Source: Spirochaetia bacterium
Lineage (GTDB): Bacteria; Spirochaetota; Spirochaetia; SZUA-6; Bin103
Length of the DNA stretch: 64,000 bases
NCBI GenBank assembly: GCA_965203905.1
Contig: CBDBDQ010000005.1
Span: 6,048,001-6,112,000, forward strand
Direction of reading: 5' to 3'
Numbering within the stretch: the stretch's first letter is position 1; every line of letters starts with the position of its first letter. The translations under genes and the position numbers were made by a program. The notes beneath the pieces were generated by a model. The model was not told where the DNA came from and did no database searches. It saw only the letters and a list, made by a program, of their open reading frames with translations. Below are positions 10,101 through 20,200 of the stretch, one piece after another.

Positions 10101-10472
10101 GTTGCTGTAGCGCGCCCCCACGTGGGTGGTGATGATCCGCTCGCGGCGCAGCCGGCGCAGGGTGAAGCGCAGGCTGGCGGTGCGGGTGACGATTTCGAGC
10201 TCGCTGTTCAGGTCGCCTTCGACCTCCAGGACCACTCCCCCCATGCGGTTCTGGACGGTGTCCTGCTGCCAGTACCAGCGCGGCTCGTCCAGGGGAGCCA
10301 GTGCGATCCGCTGGTCCCCGTAGGACGCGCGCACGTGCATATACCAGGAGCGGACGATCCTGCCGCCGCGCACCCTGGCCGCACCGTCCCAGCAGTACTC
10401 CTGGTGCTGCCACGGATAGGGGGCGTAGAACATCAGGTAGCCCCACTGCACCCGTACTCGATGCAGCGCCAT
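7161..10472 (-). CDS. Large hypothetical protein (1103 aa), probable uncharacterised glycoside hydrolase
   Basis: TGATG coupling at 10472. Protein-like composition starts at MALHRVRVQW. A C-terminal GH42-trimerisation-like segment (LAQYKLLLLLGWNTM...YVEQGGRLF) is present, and the gene lies between two GH genes. Confidence 0.75.
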   Translation of the reverse strand: MALHRVRVQWGYLMFYAPYPWQHQEYCWDGAARVRGGRIVRSWYMHVRASYGDQRIALAPLDEPRWYWQQDTVQNRMGGVVLEVEGDLNSELEIVTRTASLRFTLRRLRRERIITTHVGARYSNVNLSAFFDDDDPNLDDARDLRQLTAADGRWRDLAEAPSFRGPVHRCFRIDWAWALPGRGVEVNVPRSFRRQESMRDGRAAIAAVIRWASTVVIPGETPDRVDARAGRWNPGTDTIIEDLPYAIELNGSEVARGTQTFWHVWVPTIEELEVVLPVQRLAPGVNRLRITNLDSQHHLMIARVYFEERRLEDLEVTVCPAWVVRGSEFEIELLCRSEQRQVQAHLPRGVILLDPIPEPLGAGRHRLRLKAEEPLADAVVAFASAAARCEGRIEQVVASRAEPHPMLVGFEDGMMCKEIPGYLEEVLQHFSDNQLGNILVFRGCHVHARGLAIAACCKRLGLSMQAASQFDRHWAKEQRDILGPLFSGYYWSEYDGFLWGYAVMPERLPSNISAERRTMRTAYENYMAYQRGLVAWVHEADPQMPNLALISSSGIHAYACEAGMAWTLSQFNKSHNTLLVADARGAARAYRRLWGTYQAEGGHVVPERRYHLRMWRLSLQLAYVAGAVQVNDEENLYRTQHCRVYGRGDYIPRMRQQILKEFYRYAGSHPRRGTLSVRQACLIGRYACDVTDGISRTDPLGQDNAPAVVWRNFGAMGPEWRPLTPEYGLRYLDLFFPGVWLPNLEQTPEILRRWYCGTPLGEIELAPIDAPGEILAQYKLLLLLGWNTMDEAQYGSLRAYVEQGGRLFMSVPHATGNESRRFLVEDLEPLNLVRDGDFRDLFGVAVKGRGPRLGRIQGNPAVSHNPVGGFFQVSTTSTPPPVVPQHPLVDLAEVELAGAEVLATDLATGAPVLVRHRVGEGEAYLLCTHEYPGNSRLVPFVKPLVRALAQTIPWPVELEDVSGDVYYTVREEDGGVQTIHLLNTDWTAADNEKACRLRLGDAWVELAVREGRISAVTRCGALALLVEDDKVHLEEVAVAGGSVTAVLHGHGSAAVKLHALEGRIASVAVGGSEAAVAAAEGWQSVEVSFGSRSVTELTVGMAS

Positions 10473-13400
10473 CACGACGCCTCCTGCGCTCTGGCGGCGT
10501 CGAAGAGCTCGATGCGTACCGGCCCGAGGAGTCCCGACGGGGACACCTGGCCCGGCTTGTCGCGGCGCCCCGCTTCGGCCCAGAACATGTGGTTGGACAG
10601 CAGGTTGGAGGCGATCACCCGCACGTCGTTCCTTCCCGCTACCACGTAGCGCGTGATGTCGAAGGAGTAGGGGGGCCAGATCCGCGCCCCGACCGGGCGC
10701 GCGTTGATCCACAGCTCGGCCGACTCCTTCACCTCGCCGAGGTCCAGGATCACCTTCCTGCCGGCGGGGTCCGGCAACTCCACTTCCTTGTCGTACTGGG
10801 CGAACCCGCTGTACCACCACAGCCCGTGGTCGACCCAGGAGCCCGGCTCGACCTGTTGCGGCCGGCAGCGGAACTCGAACGCGCCCGTGATGCCGTACTG
10901 GTCCGCCGTCGAGCGGCACTCGACCGCCAGCACGCCCGGCTTCCCTCCCCGATGGGGGATGTCGAGCCAGCCCGATTCCATCTCGGTGCGTTCCGTCGCC
11001 ACCCGCAGCCGGATGCCGTCGACGTACAGCACGTATTGGCAGTTGATCGGAATGGGGAGCTTGATGGCATCCGCACCCGGCGGAATGACGGTGCGGAAGA
11101 TGCGGCTCCCGTACCAGTCGTCGTAGAGCAGGGGCCGGCGCGCGCAGTGCACCAGGTCCCAGCCCGAATCGTCGAAGTCGGGCTGCGGGAACTGCTCCCA
11201 GACCTCCGGTTCGAAGCGCATGGGGTCCTCGTCGTAGATCTGGGTGGTCCGAAACACCGGTACCGCAACGATGGCGGGCACGTGGCCGTAGGCCCGGAGA
11301 TTGGGGTCCTCGCCCGGCAGCGGCTTGAACAGCCAGGTACCCGTGACCGGCAGCGTGGCGGCCGGCTCGCCGGTGGTTTCCAAAGGCAGGGCGGGCAACC
11401 CGTCGTCCACGTGTTCTCCAAGCAGAATGTAGGGGGCCGCGTAGGGGCCGAGCCGCAGCGTGACCGCGGTGCCGTTGCCCTCCCGCTTCCATTCGCCGCG
11501 GAAGGCCTCGCCGGTTTCGCTGTTCCAGATCGCAACCCGCCCGGTCGCCCGCAGCCTCAGCGTCACCGTCATCTCGGTGGGCCGGGTGTTGCAGACCAGG
11601 TACACCTCGGTGGTGCTTCCGGAAGGGTCCGTGATCCTGCGGTGGCAGGCGTCGATCGCCTCCGCGTCGCCGCCGGTCACCACGATGTCGGGCTCGATCA
11701 GGCGGCGCAGCAACGCGACCAGCGCGTCTGCATCCGCCACCGTGTGCGCCCGCGAGCGCAGGTCCCGCACCGCGGCAGTGAGGCCGGCGTCGTCCCTGCC
11801 CCGCTCCATCGAGATCGAGGGCCAGCGGCCGACCGCCACCAGGATGCCGCCGGCATCCACCAGCTCGCGGAATCTCGCCACGTCGGAGCCGCGGATGGTG
11901 TTCATCGGCGGCACCACCAGGCAGCGGAACCGCTCCCCGGCGATGGCGAGCGTGCCGTCCCCAATCGCTGCTTCCGCCAGCCCCTGCGAGTCGATCACGT
12001 CGTGGTCGAGCTGGTTCCGCATCAGCGTGTCGATGATCGCGTTGAACACGATCGGATCATCCGGAGTCCCCGCGCCCTTGGGGTAATAGACGCCGCTGGC
12101 GTGGGCCTGGGGAAGACCGAGGCCCCTGCCGCCGCGGGCGTCGCCCCACCACGACACCAGGGGATAGAACACGGCGATGTCGGCCACGTGCACGCCCTGC
12201 CGGTTGATCCAGTTCTGCCGCGCCGTCATGTCGGCCAGCCGGCGGTAGTACTTCCAGAACGGGTTCTGGAAGAAGAAGCTCGGCGGGCATTCGCTCTTGG
12301 CGCTCTCCACGGACTGGAAGAACGCGTGCGGGATGGTGTGGGTCACGCCCGCCACCGCCAGTTGGTTGTACGCCAGCCTGGTGTCCCTCAGCGTTGCCGC
12401 CCAACCGTCCATGCCGCCGATCGACTCGCACACCAGCACGCGCTTTCCCGAGATGTGGGAAACACCTTGCGCGAGCTTGATCTCGCTGTAGTTCTTGTAG
12501 CCCCCCAGGCTGTCGGTCCCCGGCCACTGCTGCCGCCGCAGCAGGCGGTAGGGATCCGCGGCCCAGGTCCAGCGGTGGATCTCCTCGAACGCGTGTCCGG
12601 TCAGGGCAATGCCGTGGGCATCGCACCAGTCGGCGAGCTGGCCGATGAAGCTCTCGGCGAACAGGTGCGCCACCACGTCCCAGTAGTCGCAGCGCACTTT
12701 TTCAGTAGTGGCGCCGGCGTCGTAGAACAGGTGCTGCAGGTTGGCGACGATGTCGTAACCCTTCAGACGCTCGAACTCCTGCGGAAAGCGATCGGTCCAG
12801 GTGAAGCAACCGGCCGAGAACGGCCCCGACTCGTCGTAGAAGATCGACTTGATGGTGGTGCCGAAGTAGTGCCCGAACCGCTTCGCGTATTGCTCGTGCG
12901 TGTACTCGATGAAGCGCCGCGTCGGCTCCGGGGCGAGATAGTCGATCAGGCCCCCGCAGCCGGGCGCGATGGGCGACGGGTGGCTGCTGCGCACGGTGAA
13001 CAGGACGATCGCCTCGAATTTTCCCGCGGGCACATCGACCACTACCTCGGCTGCTTCGGGAGCGGGGACCGGCAGATCCGTTGCCGCCTGAAAATCCAGC
13101 GTGTCGTCCTCCGTCAGCGGCACCAGCAGGACCCTCAGGTAGTCCTCGCGCTCGCTGAAGTTGGTCAGCATGTCGATCCGCAGCGGCCGGTCGTCGCAGT
13201 CGTCGAAGGTCACCCGCGCCGGTCCGGTCACGGTCCGTGCCCGGATGCTGATGCCCAGGCTGCGATACGGGACGTGCGCCGTGACCCGGCCCCCGGCGGG
13301 ACCGCTGGACCAGTTGAACTCGTCGTACAGGTGGATCGTGAAGCCGGTCTCGCTCGCCTTACGCAGCAACTGCTCCATGGCGGCCCAGAAGCGGTCGCTG

Positions 13401-13588
13401 AGGTAGTCGCGGCGGTCCATCCCGTACCTGGGATGGGGCATGGCCTGCAGCACGCCCTGACTGGCCATCTCCTCGATCTGCCGGGCCCACTCGTGGCCGT
13501 CGACCTCTCCGTTCAGAAACCAGAACGGAATCTGGGTGCAAGAATTCGGTGGGGTCCGGAACCCCCGGTAGAGCTGGTCGAGATTCAT
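10472..13588 (-). CDS. Glycoside hydrolase family 106-like (alpha-L-rhamnosidase-like), 1038 aa
   Basis: FRTPP...PFWFLNG, HLYDEFNWSSG, SIFYDE and C-terminal PSGLLGPV; start set at the ATG at 13588. Confidence 0.8.
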   Translation of the reverse strand: MNLDQLYRGFRTPPNSCTQIPFWFLNGEVDGHEWARQIEEMASQGVLQAMPHPRYGMDRRDYLSDRFWAAMEQLLRKASETGFTIHLYDEFNWSSGPAGGRVTAHVPYRSLGISIRARTVTGPARVTFDDCDDRPLRIDMLTNFSEREDYLRVLLVPLTEDDTLDFQAATDLPVPAPEAAEVVVDVPAGKFEAIVLFTVRSSHPSPIAPGCGGLIDYLAPEPTRRFIEYTHEQYAKRFGHYFGTTIKSIFYDESGPFSAGCFTWTDRFPQEFERLKGYDIVANLQHLFYDAGATTEKVRCDYWDVVAHLFAESFIGQLADWCDAHGIALTGHAFEEIHRWTWAADPYRLLRRQQWPGTDSLGGYKNYSEIKLAQGVSHISGKRVLVCESIGGMDGWAATLRDTRLAYNQLAVAGVTHTIPHAFFQSVESAKSECPPSFFFQNPFWKYYRRLADMTARQNWINRQGVHVADIAVFYPLVSWWGDARGGRGLGLPQAHASGVYYPKGAGTPDDPIVFNAIIDTLMRNQLDHDVIDSQGLAEAAIGDGTLAIAGERFRCLVVPPMNTIRGSDVARFRELVDAGGILVAVGRWPSISMERGRDDAGLTAAVRDLRSRAHTVADADALVALLRRLIEPDIVVTGGDAEAIDACHRRITDPSGSTTEVYLVCNTRPTEMTVTLRLRATGRVAIWNSETGEAFRGEWKREGNGTAVTLRLGPYAAPYILLGEHVDDGLPALPLETTGEPAATLPVTGTWLFKPLPGEDPNLRAYGHVPAIVAVPVFRTTQIYDEDPMRFEPEVWEQFPQPDFDDSGWDLVHCARRPLLYDDWYGSRIFRTVIPPGADAIKLPIPINCQYVLYVDGIRLRVATERTEMESGWLDIPHRGGKPGVLAVECRSTADQYGITGAFEFRCRPQQVEPGSWVDHGLWWYSGFAQYDKEVELPDPAGRKVILDLGEVKESAELWINARPVGARIWPPYSFDITRYVVAGRNDVRVIASNLLSNHMFWAEAGRRDKPGQVSPSGLLGPVRIELFDAARAQEAS

Positions 13589-13593
13589 GGTTT

Positions 13594-14484
13594 CTAAGCC
13601 TTGATCGCGCCGATCATCAGTCCCTTGACGAAGTACCGCTGCATGTAGGGGTACACGAACAGCACCGGCAGCGTTACTACCATGGTGATGGTCATCTGAA
13701 TGCTCCTGGGGCTGATCTGTTTCCTCTGATCTTCCATGATCAGCGCGGTAATGTCGGAGGTGGATATGCTGGAAGCGGTCTGCAGGAACTCCCACAGCAG
13801 GAACTGCAACGTGCGCAGGTTCCGCTCCGGCACGTACAGCAGGTTGTCCCACCATGAGTTCCACTGGCCGACCGCGCCGAAGACGGCGATCGTGGCCAGG
13901 ATCGGCAGCGACAGGGGGAACACTATCCTCACGTATATGGTGAGGTAGTTGGCACCGTCGATCTTGGCCGAGTCTTCGAGCGCCGTCGGCAACTGCTCGA
14001 TGAAGGTCTTCACCAGGATGACGTTGAACACCGCCACGATGCCCGGCACGATGTAGACGAAGAAGTTGTTGTAGAGTCCGATCCGGCGCATCAACAGGTA
14101 CACGGCTATGAGGCCGCCGCTGAAGTACATCGTGAGGATGAAGAAGCGGTAGACGAGCCTTCTCAGAGGCATCTCCCGGCAGGTCAGCAGGTATCCCAGG
14201 AAGCCTGAGCAGAACACCATCAAGCCGGTCTGAATGACGGTTCTGGCTACCGATATCAGCGCCGCCCGGCCGATCCCGGGGAGCTGCAGCACGCGCTCGT
14301 AGTTGCGTCCGGTCACCGCCACCGGCGCCAGCGTCAGGCCGGCGCCGGCGAGCGCCGAATCACTGATCGAGTAGATGAAGATGTAGTACAGCGGGTAGCA
14401 GCAGATGATCGCGTAGAGCAGCAGAACGGTGTAGTTCACGGCATTCGCCAGGAGCGTCTTCCACGACCGCTGTCCCAGGTACAT
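13594..14484 (-). CDS. Carbohydrate ABC transporter permease (LplC-like)
   Basis: EAA motif LEDSAKIDGA, WNSW, and YPYMQRYFVKGLMIGAIKA. Confidence 0.92.
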   Translation of the reverse strand: MYLGQRSWKTLLANAVNYTVLLLYAIICCYPLYYIFIYSISDSALAGAGLTLAPVAVTGRNYERVLQLPGIGRAALISVARTVIQTGLMVFCSGFLGYLLTCREMPLRRLVYRFFILTMYFSGGLIAVYLLMRRIGLYNNFFVYIVPGIVAVFNVILVKTFIEQLPTALEDSAKIDGANYLTIYVRIVFPLSLPILATIAVFGAVGQWNSWWDNLLYVPERNLRTLQFLLWEFLQTASSISTSDITALIMEDQRKQISPRSIQMTITMVVTLPVLFVYPYMQRYFVKGLMIGAIKA

Positions 14485-14493
14485 CGCCTCTCC

Positions 14494-15399
14494 CTAGAAA
14501 ATCTTGTGTCCCTGGGCGAACTTGGAGAGGTGGTTCGCGGTGAACAGGAGAATCACCGAGACCACGCTCTTGAAGATCCCCACCGTGAGGCTGAAGGAGT
14601 ACTGCTGATACACGATGCCCAACCGGTAGGTGTACAGGTCGATGGTCTCGAGCCGGTCGATCACCAGCGGGTTCTGGTACACGAATATCTTCTCCAGGTC
14701 GGAGCTGATGAGCCCGCTGATGGACAGCAGCAGCAGCACGAAGTAGGCGGGCAGGACGCCGGGCAGCGTGACGTGCACGATGCGCCGCCAGGCGCCGCCG
14801 CCATCCATCGCCACCGCCTCGTACAGCTCCTGATCGATGGCGGTAATCGCGGCCAGGTAGACGATCGACCCCCAGCCCAGCGACTTCCACACTCCCAGGG
14901 CGGTCTGGAAGTACCACGTCGCGTCCCGGTTGCTCAGCAGGCGGATCGGTTGCAACCCCGCCCGCTCCAGCAACAGGTTGAGCATGCCGTCGTTCCCGAT
15001 CATCGAAAAGGACAGCGAGAACACGATCACCCAACTCACGAAATGGGGGAACGTCGAAACCGTCTGGACGCTCCTCCTGAACCATGCGATGCGAACCTCG
15101 GAGAGCAGGATCGCGAACACCACCGGCAGTGGCGTAGCCAGTAGTTGCAGCACGCTCATGGCCACCGTGTTGAGCATGATGCGCGGAAAGTCGAAGCCGC
15201 CGAACATCGCCCGGTAGTAGTAGAGTCCGACAAATTCCGAGCGCCACACGGGGCGTCCCGGAACGAATTTGAAGACCGAGTAGAGCCAGCCCCACAGCGG
15301 CAGGTAGGAAAAGATGAGGACGTAAACTACGAACGGGATGACCAGAAACAGCAGGCCGAGGTCGTACCGCTTCCCGTTCCTGATGAATCTCAGCGTCAT
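14494..15399 (-). CDS. Carbohydrate ABC transporter permease (LplB-like)
   Basis: PHFVSWVIV and YLAAITAIDQELYEA.AMDG. Confidence 0.92.
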   Translation of the reverse strand: MTLRFIRNGKRYDLGLLFLVIPFVVYVLIFSYLPLWGWLYSVFKFVPGRPVWRSEFVGLYYYRAMFGGFDFPRIMLNTVAMSVLQLLATPLPVVFAILLSEVRIAWFRRSVQTVSTFPHFVSWVIVFSLSFSMIGNDGMLNLLLERAGLQPIRLLSNRDATWYFQTALGVWKSLGWGSIVYLAAITAIDQELYEAVAMDGGGAWRRIVHVTLPGVLPAYFVLLLLSISGLISSDLEKIFVYQNPLVIDRLETIDLYTYRLGIVYQQYSFSLTVGIFKSVVSVILLFTANHLSKFAQGHKIF

Positions 15400-15415
15400 G
15401 TGACCGCACCGAGCA

Positions 15416-15459
15416 CAGACGGCAGCATGTTTCGCACTGCAATCATCTGCTGCCGTCTG
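15416..15459 (-). terminator. Intercistronic stem-loop after the SBP gene (mRNA stabiliser or weak terminator)
   Basis: Perfect 12-bp inverted repeat CAGACGGCAGCA / TGCTGCCGTCTG with no U-tract. Confidence 0.55.
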
Positions 15460-15484
15460 CCCCGGTGGCTACCGCGTCAACTCC

Positions 15485-17181
15485 TTACAGCGGCGGCTTC
15501 GGCCCCATTTCGGTCTTCAGCCGATTGTAGTTCGACACGTACCAGTCACGAATCTGGTCGTAGCCGGCGTTCTTGATGTCGGCAATCAACTGATCCCGTC
15601 CGGCGCGAAACTCGGCATCGTTGGCGGCCAGCACGATCTGCGGCACGCGCCGCTCCACGAGCGTGTTGACTTCGCTGTCGATGCGCCTCATCTCGTCCGA
15701 CATCAGGGGCATGTTGTAGATCACCCGGTAGTCGAGGTTGGCGGCGGTAGCGATCGTTCCTGCCGCCATGTAATTGTTCCAATGCCCCTCCGGGTTCTGC
15801 ACCCCGTAGTACTGCGCATAGTCGAGGTCGGTCGCGTTGAGCAGCTTGGCGACCGCTTCGTCGGTGTTGAACAACTGCACCGGCTGGCCATCGGAATGCA
15901 TGTATCCCTGGGTGTTGGCCCCCCAGCCGAGCATGTCGATACCGGTCGCCGACCAGTCTTCGCCACCGGCCGCTCGGAGGTCCAGGGTCATTTGCCTGAC
16001 GCTCCCCTTGCCGTCGACGAAGTCCCAGTGGATGCCCTCCACGCCAGTGGACAGGGTGCGCATGCCGTGCTCGCTGAAACCCCAGTCGAACAGCCGCATC
16101 ACCGCCTCGATCTTGTCCTGGGCCTTGGCCGAGATGGTGCGGAAGTTGGCCGACCCGAAGCGCAGGTCCTGGCCGCCCCAGATGCCGCCGCCCTCGATGG
16201 GAACGGCCACCAGGCCTCTCCCCTCCTTGGCGTGAATCGCGTCCCAGGCGCGGGCGAAGCCGCCGGCCCGAATGGTCATGCCGACGTACTGGCCCTTGGC
16301 CATCTTGGCGGCGAGCTCCGAACGCTCCCTGGCGATCAGCGTATCGGGATCGAGAATGCCGGCCTGGTTCTGCTTGTAGTAGAACTCGGCCATTCTCCAC
16401 AACGGAGAATCGGTATTGTAGTAGTTCTCCACCGGGTCGGTGGTCCGGTTGTCGAGCACGATGCCCCAGGTTTCCGTGTTCTGGTAGCCGTACCAGGCCG
16501 ACATCGGGATGGTCAGTCCCCACAGGTTGGACACCCTGCCGCCGATGCCGTACACGCGCAGACCCTCGTCGGTCTGCGGATTGATCCTCACCATCTCCGC
16601 CGCGGCCGCCACGATGTCGTCGATGGTGGTGAGCTTCGGCGTGCCGATCTCCTTGTACAGGTCCCAGCGGAAACAGAGCTGCAGCGAGGGATACTGCCCG
16701 AAGATGACCGGGTCGTTGACCATCAACTCGCCCGGAAGTCCATAGAAGAGACCGTTCTCGTCGGCCCAGTTCTCGGCCACGAACGGCAACGCCAGTGCCG
16801 CGGTCTTCTTGATGTTGGGACCGTACTGCTCGATCAGGTCATTGAGGGGCAGAATGTACCCCGCTTCCTGCAGCGGAGCTCTCTCGAAGGCCTCGATGAT
16901 GAACATGTCCGGCAGGTCACCCGACGCCAGCCTCACGGCCTTCTCGTCGCCGCTCCTCCAGCCATCCCGCACGTACTTCACGCCCAGGGTGTCCTGGATG
17001 TACTGCGAGACGGGATTGTCCGGGTAGTCGTTCCACTTCCAGTTTCCGAACCCCCCGGTAACTTCGACGAGCGCCCCGCTGTCGGCCCCCGTTTCTTCCC
17101 TGCGGGAGACGCCTGAAGCTGGGTTGCCACCAGCAACGCAGCGCAAACGACCAGTCCTCGGAACAAGGCACTGTTAACCAT
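15485..17181 (-). pseudogene. Sugar ABC solute-binding protein with a 1-nt frameshift near 17100 (real or sequencing error)
   Basis: GAGGAGGAG plus the ATG at 17181 give the signal peptide MVNSALFRGLVVCAALLVATQLQA. The body (LASGDLPD, RWDLYKEIG) is in another frame. The span is 1697 nt, i.e. 3n-1. Confidence 0.8.
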
Positions 17182-17216
17182 GTGCTCCTCCTCGGGGGCC
17201 TTACCGCTCCCCTTGA

Positions 17217-17261
17217 GACAAGTTAGCTTGTCACCATAGACCGGCGGCCCGCTGCCGTCAA
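17217..17261 (-). promoter_or_regulatory. Sigma70 promoter plus palindromic operator for the sugar ABC/GH sub-operon
   Basis: TTGACG (17261-17256), 17-nt spacer, TATGGT (17238-17233), immediately followed by GACAAG-N4-CTTGTC (17217-17232). Confidence 0.75.
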
Positions 17262-17293
17262 GGAAGAAACCGGGGAACCGCAAGCATCGGGGT

Positions 17294-20200
17294 TCACGGT
17301 GTGGCCGTTGCCGCCTGGCAGACAAAGCGATATTTCCCCGAGCCCACGTCGAGCGCGACCCGGCCGTCCTCCATCCGGACGGAGCGGATCGCCTCCACCT
17401 CGGAAACGGGCTTGCCGCCCTCGGTCACCGCATCCGCGTTGTCAGCGGGCAGGTACACGGTGGCCCGCGTATTGGCCGGGATCTGCACGTCCAGGTGGAA
17501 ATTCCTCTGGTCGACCACCTTCCACTCGCTGGTGATCGTTCCGCGAATCGAGTCGTAGCTCGCCTTGAGCCAGGTGAGACCGCCGCACGGGCGCGGCCGG
17601 ATCGCGAAACGCCGGTAGCCGGGATGGTCCGCGTCAGGATTGATGCCGGCGAGCTCGCGCCAGACCCACTCGCCTACCGAGCCGAAACCGAAATGGTTCA
17701 ACGAGTTCATTTGGGGATCCCGGTGGCCGCCCCAGGGCTCGCGGCCCGCGACGAAGGCATCCCACCGCTCCCAGATCGTGGTGGCATTCTGGTCGACCAT
17801 GTATCCCCACGAGGGCACGGTCCGCAGGTTCAGCAGCCGCCACGCCTCCTCGTGGCGGCCGTTGCGCGTCAACTCCAGCAGCATGCGATGGGTGGCGTGG
17901 ATGCCGGTCGACGGATGGCCGCGGTAGCGGTCGATCGCCGCCAGCAGGTGCCGCGTTGCCGGCGCCCGCAACACCTCGTCGAGCAGCCCGAAGTGCAGCG
18001 CCAGGGCATAGCCGCCCTGCGTATCGCCGCGCACGCGGCCATCCGCGGCCACGAACTCACGGTTGAACGCGGCCTTGATCCGTTCCGCGAGCACGCCATG
18101 CTCCCTGGCGTCGTCGGTGCGGCCAAGCACGCCGGCCATCCTCGCCACGATCGCCGTGGAGTGGGCAAAGAAAGCGGTAGCGAACAATTCCTTGGGCACG
18201 GCGCTGATGCCGCGCGGGTAGTCGGGCAGCTCGGTCATGTCGCCGTTCAGCCAGTCACCCTGGTCTCCTCCCCGGCAATTCCTCCAGATCAGATCCGGGT
18301 TGTTGGCGCGCACGAACTCGATCCACCGCTTGCAGGACTCGAAGTGTTGTTCCAGCAACCTGGTGTCCGCGTAGTTCAGATAAGCGCGCCAGGGCACGAT
18401 GGTGCCGGCATCGCTCCAGGCGGGAGAGAACTCGGTATTGGCCCACTGCAGCCAGGACGGCTCCCGGGGGTGCGGCGCGATGACGGGGAAACGCCCATCC
18501 TGGAGCTGCGAGTCGCGGATGTCGCGCACCCACTTGGTGAGGAAGCCCGCCAGGTCCATAGTGAAGATCGCCGCCTGCGAGAAGGACTGAAAGTCACCCA
18601 GGAAGCCCATGCGCTCGTCACGCTGCGGGCAGTCGGTGGGCACGCTCATCAGGTTCCCCCGCAGACCCCACTCCACGCAGCCCATGACCGCATTCACCAG
18701 GTCGTTGGAGCAGGCGAAGGTGCCGGCGTCCGGCGCCGCGGAGTGGAACACCCGGCCGACCAATGCGTCCTCGGCCGGTGCCGCGGGCAGTCCGGTCAGC
18801 TCGACGTAGCGGAACCCGTGGTAGGTGAAGTGAGGTTCCACCACGGCCTCGCCGCCGCGCCAGCGATACTCGTCGCGCTGCGCAGCTTTACGCAGGTTGG
18901 CGGTGTAGAGGGTGCCGTCCTCGTTGAGCGTCTCGGCGTGACGCAGGGCGATCAGGGTTCCCGCCGGCGCTTTCGCCCTGAGGCGGCACCAGCCCACCAT
19001 GTTCTGACCCATGTCGTACACGTAGACGCCCGCGGCGGGCTCGGTCATGCGTACCGGCCGCACCTCCCTGACCACGCGGATCGGCTCGTTGCACTGCGCC
19101 ACGAGCCGGGTTCGCGGCGCCCCGTCCGGGTGTGGCAGAACCGCGACCGGTGACCAGCCGGCGGAGGCGAAACCGGGCTGGTCCCAGCCCGGCATCTCCC
19201 TGGTGGCGTCGTACGCTTCGCCGTAGTAGATGCCGGCGCGGCGGATGGGGCCGTCGTTCGTCGCCCGCCACGAGGAGTCGCTCACCACGGTTTGCCTGGA
19301 CCCGTCGCGCAACTCCAGGTCCAGCCGCAGCAGCAGGCAGCAGCGGGCCGGTCGCCGCACCCAGGTAGCGCCAATCGGCCCCGTCCACCACCCGCCGCTC
19401 AACTGTGCGCCCACGGTATTTGCTCCGGCCCGGATCAGGTCCGTGACATCGAACGTCTGGTACTGGAGGCGTGTGCCGTACAGGGTCCACTCCGGTGCCA
19501 GTAGACGATCGCCGACCCGGCCGCCGTTGATCCGCAATTCGAACAGGCCCAACCCGGTGACGGACACCGAGGCATGCTCGACCGCTGCGCCGACGGCAAA
19601 CTCCTTGCGCACCATCGTCGCCGGCTGGTCCCACGGGTCGGCCGCGCTGCTCTCCGGCGGCGCCGGATCGGCTGTGAGGTTGGCCCGCGACCAGCCGCCC
19701 ATCTCCACGGAGTCGGCAGCCGTCACGGATGCCTGGCGTGCCACGTCGCGTGAACCGGAGAGCACCTCGAGCCGAGCCAGCGCGAAGCCGAAATTGGCCC
19801 TGCCCCGACCGGCCAGCCGAGTGACGGTAAGGCGAAGGTAACGGGTGCGCACGGCCGCGAAGCGATAGTCCTGTGCCTCTCTCTCGGGGTTCGGCAGGTC
19901 GGCATCGGTCCGGTCGACCACGGTCACACGGTCGGAGAGGTCAGCCCTGCGCGCCGTCTCGAGCGTGAACCGAACCGGGAACAGGTAGCCGGACCACTCC
20001 GGTTCCCAGACGCAGTTGTATTCCGGTTCGCCCGGCTGCGTGACCCGTGGAGCAGCGGGATGGAGTCGCACGGCGTCGATCTCCAGCTCGTCGCCAAGAT
20101 CCACCGTCAGCGACTTCGGGGTGTTCGGCGAAGGTGAGAGAGTGGTCAGAAACCCGTAGCGCGGGGCGGATGGTGCGGGCCGTGCCCGGTCGCCATGGGC

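Noticed and set aside
4342-13597. Long antisense or alternative-frame ORFs (e.g. 4342-6507, 7299-9836, 10301-13597) and the apparent 1794/1443/1493-aa proteins
   Set aside because: Shadow ORFs and N-terminal over-extensions caused by stop-codon scarcity at high GC; real starts are marked by coupled overlaps
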